Assembly (NCBI RefSeq): GCF_058153355.1
Contig: NZ_CM177019.1
DNA: 64,000 bases
Direction: 5' to 3' (one strand)
Part shown: positions 53,968 to 64,000 of the stretch, piece after piece
How positions within the stretch are numbered: the stretch's first letter is position 1
Layout of the letters: each line of letters opens with the position of its first letter
Program-made: the position numbers and the translations under genes
Notes under the pieces: model-generated
Database searches by the model: none
Told to the model about the DNA's origin: nothing
Seen by the model: the letters and a program-made list of their open reading frames with translations, nothing else

Positions 53968-54851
53968 GTGCTTATCTTATTAGGTTACCTGGTTGTTCTC
54001 GGTACAGTTTTCGGCGGTTATCTGATGACCGGTGGAAGCCTTGGAGCACTCTATCAACCCGCTGAACTGGTGATTATTGCCGGTGCAGGGATTGGGTCGT
54101 TTATCGTCGGCAATAATGGCAAAGCGATTAAAGGCACGCTGAAGGCGCTGCCGTTGCTATTTCGTCGCTCCAAATATACCAAAGCAATGTATATGGATCT
54201 GCTGGCTCTGCTTTATCGGTTGATGGCGAAATCGCGGCAGATGGGGATGTTTTCGTTGGAACGCGATATTGAAAATCCCCGTGAGAGCGAGATCTTCGCC
54301 AGCTACCCACGCATCCTTGCGGATAGCGTCATGCTTGATTTTATCGTCGATTATCTGCGCCTGATTATCAGCGGTCACATGAATACCTTCGAAATTGAAG
54401 CCCTGATGGATGAAGAGATTGAGACGCACGAAAGCGAAGCAGAAGTCCCGGCGAACAGTCTGGCATTGGTCGGGGACTCACTTCCGGCGTTTGGTATTGT
54501 CGCGGCTGTGATGGGGGTCGTTCACGCGTTAGGTTCAGCCGATCGTCCTGCCGCCGAGCTGGGGGCGCTTATCGCACATGCGATGGTGGGGACTTTCCTC
54601 GGTATTTTATTGGCTTACGGATTTATTTCCCCATTAGCGAGTGTTTTACGTCAGAAAAGCGCCGAAACCAGCAAAATGATGCAATGCGTCAAAGTCACAC
54701 TGCTTTCTAATCTGAACGGTTACGCACCGCCTATCGCCGTTGAGTTTGGTCGCAAAACGCTCTATTCCAGCGAACGTCCGTCGTTTATTGAACTGGAAGA
54801 GCATGTGCGTGCGGTGAAAAATCCGCAACAACAGACGACAACCGAGGAAGC

Positions 54852-54855
<4 letters not shown>
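53968..54855 (+). CDS. motA: Flagellar stator protein MotA (GTG start)
   Basis: 295-aa ORF. Confidence 0.95.
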
Positions 54856-57747
<2,892 letters not shown>

Positions 57748-57767
57748 ATGAGTAAAAAGGTAACAAT

Positions 57768-58271
57768 ATGACCGGTATGACGAATGTAACAAAGCTGGCC
57801 AGCGAGCCGTCAGGCCAGGAATTCCTGGTATTTACCCTTGGTGACGAAGAGTACGGTATTGATATTCTGAAAGTGCAGGAGATCCGTGGTTACGATCAGG
57901 TGACACGGATTGCAAACACGCCAGCGTTTATCAAAGGTGTCACTAATCTGCGCGGTGTTATTGTGCCGATTGTCGACTTACGAATTAAGTTCAGTCAGGT
58001 GGATGTGGACTATAACGACAACACAGTAGTTATTGTCCTGAATCTCGGGCAGCGGGTAGTCGGCATCGTAGTGGACGGGGTTTCGGACGTTCTTTCATTG
58101 ACGGCGGAGCAAATTCGTCCGGCACCGGAATTTGCCGTGACTCTTTCAACAGAATATCTCACTGGACTGGGCGCACTGGGTGACCGCATGTTGATTCTGG
58201 TGAACATCGAAAAACTGCTGAACAGCGAAGAGATGGCGCTGTTAGATAGCGCGGCGTCAGAAGTGGCGTAA
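57768..58271 (+). CDS. cheW: Chemotaxis coupling protein CheW
   Basis: 167-aa ORF. Confidence 0.95.
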
Positions 58272-58297
58272 TTCTCCTGATTTCCTCAATTGCAATG

Positions 58298-58329
58298 AAC
58301 CCGATGACCTGCGCATCGGGTTTTTTATT
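58298..58329 (+). terminator. Rho-independent terminator after cheW
   Basis: cccgatg acctgcg catcggg hairpin followed by ttttttattt. Confidence 0.8.
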
Positions 58330-58356
58330 TCAGTTTCGCGGTGGGTGGCATCAGCA

Positions 58357-58384
58357 ATAAAGTTTCCCCCTTCCTTGCCGATAA
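58357..58384 (+). promoter_or_regulatory. sigma28 class 3 promoter for the tar-tap-cheRBYZ operon
   Basis: Exact consensus TAAAGTTT-N11-GCCGATAA about 30 bp upstream of the tar ATG. Confidence 0.9.
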
Positions 58385-58415
58385 CGAGATCAACTTGTTT
58401 TCAGGAAGGTGCCTT

Positions 58416-60077
58416 ATGATTAACCGTATCCGCGTAGTCACGCTGTTGGTAATGGTGCTGGGGGTATTCGCACTGTTACAGCTTATTTCCGGCAGTCTGT
58501 TTTTTTCTTCCCTTCACCATAGCCAGAAGAGCTTTGTGGTTTCCAATCAATTACGGGAACAGCAGGGCGAGCTGACGTCAACCTGGGATTTAATGCTGCA
58601 AACGCGCATTAACCTGAGTCGATCAGCGGTGCGGATGATGATGGATTCCTCCAATCAACAAAGTAACGCCAAAGTTGAATTGCTCGATAGCGCCAGGAAA
58701 ACTTTGGCCCAGGCCGCGACACATTATAAAAAATTCAAAAGCATGGCGCCGTTACCTGAAATGGTCGCTACCAGTCGTAATATTGATGAAAAATATAAAA
58801 ACTATCACACAGCATTAACTGAACTGATTGATTATCTTGATTATGGCAATACTGGAGCTTATTTCGCTCAGCCAACCCAGGGAATGCAAAATGCAATGGG
58901 CGAAGCGTTTGCTCAGTACGCCCTCAGCAGTGAAAAACTGTATCGCGATATCGTCACTGACAACGCAGATGATTACCGATTTGCCCAGTGGCAACTGGCG
59001 GTTATTGCGCTGGTGGTGGTATTAATTCTGCTGGTGGCGTGGTACGGCATTCGCCGTATGTTGCTTACACCGCTGGCAAAAATTATTGCTCACATTCGCG
59101 AAATCGCCGGTGGTAACCTGGCGAATACCCTGACCATTGACGGGCGCAGTGAAATGGGCGACCTGGCGCAGAGCGTTTCACATATGCAACGCTCTTTGAC
59201 TGACACCGTCACTCATGTGCGCGAAGGTTCAGATGCCATCTATGTCGGTACCCGTGAAATTGCGGCGGGCAATACCGATCTTTCCTCTCGTACTGAACAG
59301 CAAGCATCCGCGCTGGAAGAAACTGCTGCCAGCATGGAGCAGCTCACCGCGACGGTGAAGCAAAATGCCGATAACGCCCGCCAGGCCTCGCAACTGGCGC
59401 AAAGTGCCTCCGACACCGCCCAGCATGGCGGCAAAGTAGTGGATGGCGTAGTGAAAACGATGCATGAGATCGCCGATAGTTCGAAGAAAATTGCCGACAT
59501 TATCAGCGTTATCGACGGTATTGCCTTCCAGACTAATATCCTCGCGCTGAATGCCGCTGTTGAAGCCGCGCGAGCGGGTGAACAAGGCCGTGGTTTTGCC
59601 GTGGTGGCGGGCGAAGTGCGTAATCTTGCCAGCCGCAGCGCCCAGGCGGCAAAAGAGATCAAAGCACTTATTGAAGACTCCGTTTCGCGTGTTGATACCG
59701 GTTCAGTGTTGGTCGAAAGCGCCGGGGAAACAATGAACAATATCGTCAATGCTGTCACTCGCGTGACTGACATTATGGGCGAAATTGCATCGGCATCAGA
59801 TGAACAGAGCCGCGGCATCGATCAAGTCGCATTGGCGGTTTCGGAAATGGATCGCGTCACGCAACAGAACGCATCGCTGGTGCAGGAATCAGCTGCCGCC
59901 GCAGCTGCGCTGGAAGAACAGGCCAGTCGTTTAACGCAAGCGGTTTCCGCGTTCCGTCTGGCAGCCAGCCCACTCACCAATAAACCGCAAACACCATCCC
60001 GTCCTGCCAGTGAGCAACCACTGGCACAGCCACGACTGCGAATTGCAGAACAAGATCCAAACTGGGAAACATTTTAA
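58416..60077 (+). CDS. tar: Methyl-accepting chemotaxis protein II Tar (aspartate/maltose receptor, 553 aa)
   Basis: ORF trimmed to [17 protein letters not shown] and MCP signalling domains; C-terminal NWETF pentapeptide. Confidence 0.95.
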   Translation: MINRIRVVTLLVMVLGVFALLQLISGSLFFSSLHHSQKSFVVSNQLREQQGELTSTWDLMLQTRINLSRSAVRMMMDSSNQQSNAKVELLDSARKTLAQAATHYKKFKSMAPLPEMVATSRNIDEKYKNYHTALTELIDYLDYGNTGAYFAQPTQGMQNAMGEAFAQYALSSEKLYRDIVTDNADDYRFAQWQLAVIALVVVLILLVAWYGIRRMLLTPLAKIIAHIREIAGGNLANTLTIDGRSEMGDLAQSVSHMQRSLTDTVTHVREGSDAIYVGTREIAAGNTDLSSRTEQQASALEETAASMEQLTATVKQNADNARQASQLAQSASDTAQHGGKVVDGVVKTMHEIADSSKKIADIISVIDGIAFQTNILALNAAVEAARAGEQGRGFAVVAGEVRNLASRSAQAAKEIKALIEDSVSRVDTGSVLVESAGETMNNIVNAVTRVTDIMGEIASASDEQSRGIDQVALAVSEMDRVTQQNASLVQESAAAAAALEEQASRLTQAVSAFRLAASPLTNKPQTPSRPASEQPLAQPRLRIAEQDPNWETF

Positions 60078-60122
60078 CGAGCATTGACTAACGCGGTCAT
60101 TGCCGCCTGATGGGGAGCGTTG

Positions 60123-61724
60123 ATGTTTAATCGTATTCGAATTTCGACCACGCTGTTTTTAATTTTGATTCTCTGCGGGATCTTGCAGATTGGCAGTAAC
60201 GGCATGTCTTTTTGGGCATTTCGCGATGATTTGCAACGATTGAATCAGGTCGAGCAGAGCAATCAGCAACGTGCGGCATTAGCGCAAACTCGGGCGGTGA
60301 TGTTACAGGCCAGCACCGCGCTGAATAAAGCGGGCACTCTGACGGCGCTTAGCTATCCGGCAGATGACATTAAAACGTTGATGACGACGGCGCGCGCCAG
60401 TCTGACGCAATCCTCTACGTTATTTAAAAGTTTTATGGCGATGACTGCGGGCAACGAGCACGTGAGGGCGTTGCAAAAAGAGACGGAGAAAAGTTTTGCC
60501 CGCTGGCACAACGATCTCGAACATCAGGCGACCTGGCTTGAAAGTAATCAACTTTCGGATTTCCTCACTGCGCCGGTGCAGGAATCACAGAATGCGTTTG
60601 ACGTTAACTTTGAGGCCTGGCAGCAGGAGATCAACCATGTGCTGGAAGCCGCCAGTGCGCAAAGCCAGCGTAACTATCAGATTTCGGCGCTGGTGTTTAT
60701 CAGCATGATTATTGTTGCAGCGCTCTACATCAGCAGTGCGCTGTGGTGGACGCGCAAGATGATTGTTCAACCACTGGCCATCATCGGTAGCCATTTTGAC
60801 AGCATTGCTGCGGGTAATCTGGCGCGTCCGATTGCGGTATATGGTCGCAATGAGATCACCGCCATTTTTGCCAGCCTGAAGACCATGCAGCAGGCTTTAC
60901 GTGGGACGGTGAGTGATGTGCGTAAGGGAAGCCAGGAGATGCACATTGGTATCGCGGAGATCGTTGCAGGCAATAACGATCTCTCAAGTCGTACCGAACA
61001 GCAGGCGGCATCGCTGGCACAAACGGCCGCCAGTATGGAGCAATTAACCGCCACGGTAGGGCAAAACGCCGATAACGCGCAACAGGCTTCGGAACTGGCA
61101 AAAAAAGCCGCGACAACGGCGCAGGCGGGGGGTGTCCAGGTCAGTACCATGACTCACACCATGCAGGAAATCGCCACCAGCTCGCAAAAAATTGGCGACA
61201 TTATCAGCGTTATCGACGGCATTGCTTTCCAGACCAATATTCTGGCCCTGAATGCGGCAGTGGAAGCGGCTCGCGCCGGAGAGCAGGGGCGTGGTTTTGC
61301 GGTAGTGGCAGGTGAAGTGCGCAATCTTGCCAGCCGTAGCGCCCAGGCGGCAAAAGAGATCAAAGGACTGATCGAAGAGTCTGTCAATCGTGTCCAGCAG
61401 GGTTCGAAACTGGTGAATAACGCCGCCGGGACCATGACCGATATTGTCAGTTCAGTAACCCGCGTGAACGACATTATGGGAGAAATTGCCTCGGCGTCGG
61501 AAGAACAACGGCGTGGGATTGAACAAGTTGCACAGGCTGTTAGCCAGATGGATCAGGTGACACAGCAGAACGCCTCCCTGGTAGAAGAAGCGGCGGCGGC
61601 AACGGAACAACTGGCGAACCAGGCTGACCATCTTTCGTCGCGTGTGGCGGTATTTACCCTTGAAGAACATGAAGTAGCACGACATGAGTCGGCGCAGTTA
61701 CAAATTGCGCCAGTGGTATCCTGA
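60123..61724 (+). CDS. tap: Methyl-accepting chemotaxis protein IV Tap (dipeptide/pyrimidine receptor, 533 aa)
   Basis: ORF trimmed to MFNRIRISTTLFL; signalling domain near-identical to tar; lacks NWETF. Confidence 0.93.
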   Translation: MFNRIRISTTLFLILILCGILQIGSNGMSFWAFRDDLQRLNQVEQSNQQRAALAQTRAVMLQASTALNKAGTLTALSYPADDIKTLMTTARASLTQSSTLFKSFMAMTAGNEHVRALQKETEKSFARWHNDLEHQATWLESNQLSDFLTAPVQESQNAFDVNFEAWQQEINHVLEAASAQSQRNYQISALVFISMIIVAALYISSALWWTRKMIVQPLAIIGSHFDSIAAGNLARPIAVYGRNEITAIFASLKTMQQALRGTVSDVRKGSQEMHIGIAEIVAGNNDLSSRTEQQAASLAQTAASMEQLTATVGQNADNAQQASELAKKAATTAQAGGVQVSTMTHTMQEIATSSQKIGDIISVIDGIAFQTNILALNAAVEAARAGEQGRGFAVVAGEVRNLASRSAQAAKEIKGLIEESVNRVQQGSKLVNNAAGTMTDIVSSVTRVNDIMGEIASASEEQRRGIEQVAQAVSQMDQVTQQNASLVEEAAAATEQLANQADHLSSRVAVFTLEEHEVARHESAQLQIAPVVS

Positions 61725-61742
61725 AGTGATTGAGAAGGCGCT

Positions 61743-62603
61743 ATGACTTCATCTCTGCCCTGTGGGCAAACGTCTTTATTGTTACAGATGACCGAGCGCC
61801 TGGCGCTTTCCGACGCGCATTTTCGGCGGATAAGTCAATTGATCTATCAACGAGCCGGGATCGTTCTGGCTGACCATAAACGCGACATGGTTTACAACCG
61901 ATTAGTTCGTCGCTTGCGTTCGCTGGGACTGACGGATTTCGGCCATTACTTGAACTTGCTGGAATCTAACCAGCACAGCGGTGAGTGGCAGGCGTTTATC
62001 AATTCGCTGACCACGAATCTGACAGCATTTTTCCGTGAGGCACACCATTTTCCTCTGCTCGCGGATCATGCCCGGCGTCGTTCTGGCGAGTATCGTGTAT
62101 GGAGCGCGGCGGCTTCGACCGGCGAAGAACCGTACAGCATTGCGATGACACTGGCTGACACATTGGGCACCGCGCCCGGACGCTGGAAAGTGTTTGCCAG
62201 CGACATTGACACCGAAGTGCTGGAAAAAGCCAGAAGCGGTATTTATCGCCATGAAGAGCTGAAAAATCTGACGCCGCAGCAACTGCAGCGGTACTTCATG
62301 CGAGGGACGGGACCGCATGAAGGGCTGGTACGCGTGCGTCAGGAGCTGGCGAACTATGTTGATTTTGCCCCGCTGAATTTACTGGCGAAACAATACACCG
62401 TGCCGGGGCCGTTTGATGCGATCTTCTGTCGTAACGTCATGATCTACTTCGATCAAACTACCCAGCAGGAGATTTTGCGCCGCTTTGTTCCGCTCCTTAA
62501 ACCCGACGGATTGCTGTTTGCGGGTCACTCTGAAAACTTTAGCCACCTTGAGCGCCGCTTCACGCTGCGTGGTCAGACGGTGTATGCGCTAAGTAAGGAT
62601 TAA
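61743..62603 (+). CDS. cheR: Chemotaxis methyltransferase CheR
   Basis: 286-aa ORF. Confidence 0.95.
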   Translation: MTSSLPCGQTSLLLQMTERLALSDAHFRRISQLIYQRAGIVLADHKRDMVYNRLVRRLRSLGLTDFGHYLNLLESNQHSGEWQAFINSLTTNLTAFFREAHHFPLLADHARRRSGEYRVWSAAASTGEEPYSIAMTLADTLGTAPGRWKVFASDIDTEVLEKARSGIYRHEELKNLTPQQLQRYFMRGTGPHEGLVRVRQELANYVDFAPLNLLAKQYTVPGPFDAIFCRNVMIYFDQTTQQEILRRFVPLLKPDGLLFAGHSENFSHLERRFTLRGQTVYALSKD

Positions 62604-62605
62604 CG

Positions 62606-64000
<1,395 letters not shown>

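Noticed and set aside
59240-59818. 192-aa ORF antisense to tar, and similar antisense ORFs in tap (60767..61150, 61154..61474)
   Set aside because: Ala/Ser-rich mirror ORFs created by the GCN-rich MCP signalling-domain codons. Duplicated only because tar and tap are paralogs.

Overview
This window is the Escherichia coli flagellar/chemotaxis chromosomal region (regions II and III), read in reverse orientation relative to the K-12 map, and nearly all of it is well-known core genome. All calls rest on my reading of the ORF translations and recalled protein sequences; no database search was run. Gene order: dgcQ, yedP, dsrA, yodD, dsrB, rcsA, fliR through fliE, an accessory island, yedK-yedF-yedE-yedD-amyA, fliT/S/D, fliC, fliAZY, dcyD, tcyLN, sdiA, yecF, uvrY, uvrC, pgsA, glyW-cysT-leuZ, yecA, tyrP, yecH, ftnA, yecR, azuC, yecJ, ftnB, araFGH, otsBA, uspC, flhDC, motAB, cheAW, tar, tap, cheRB and partial cheY. 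The one clearly non-K-12 segment is a ~6 kb island between fliE and yedK (about 15.4-21.4 kb). It holds DLP12-prophage-like cargo (emrE, ybcL, ybcM, an intact NmpC-type porin) and an IS200/IS605-family element with a frameshifted tnpA and an intact 402-aa tnpB. TnpB proteins are RNA-guided nucleases, so this element is the best candidate for an under-annotated functional system in the window; I found nothing that I can support as a wholly undescribed system. Three genes carry apparent inactivating lesions: tnpA (frameshift), yedK (+1 in a homopolymer run) and araG (in-frame amber codon). Consensus sigma28 promoters (tar, fliC, fliD, motA), a strong tRNA-operon promoter, CRP palindromes, REP elements and several rho-independent terminators are readable directly. 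No CRISPR array, rRNA or integrase gene was found.
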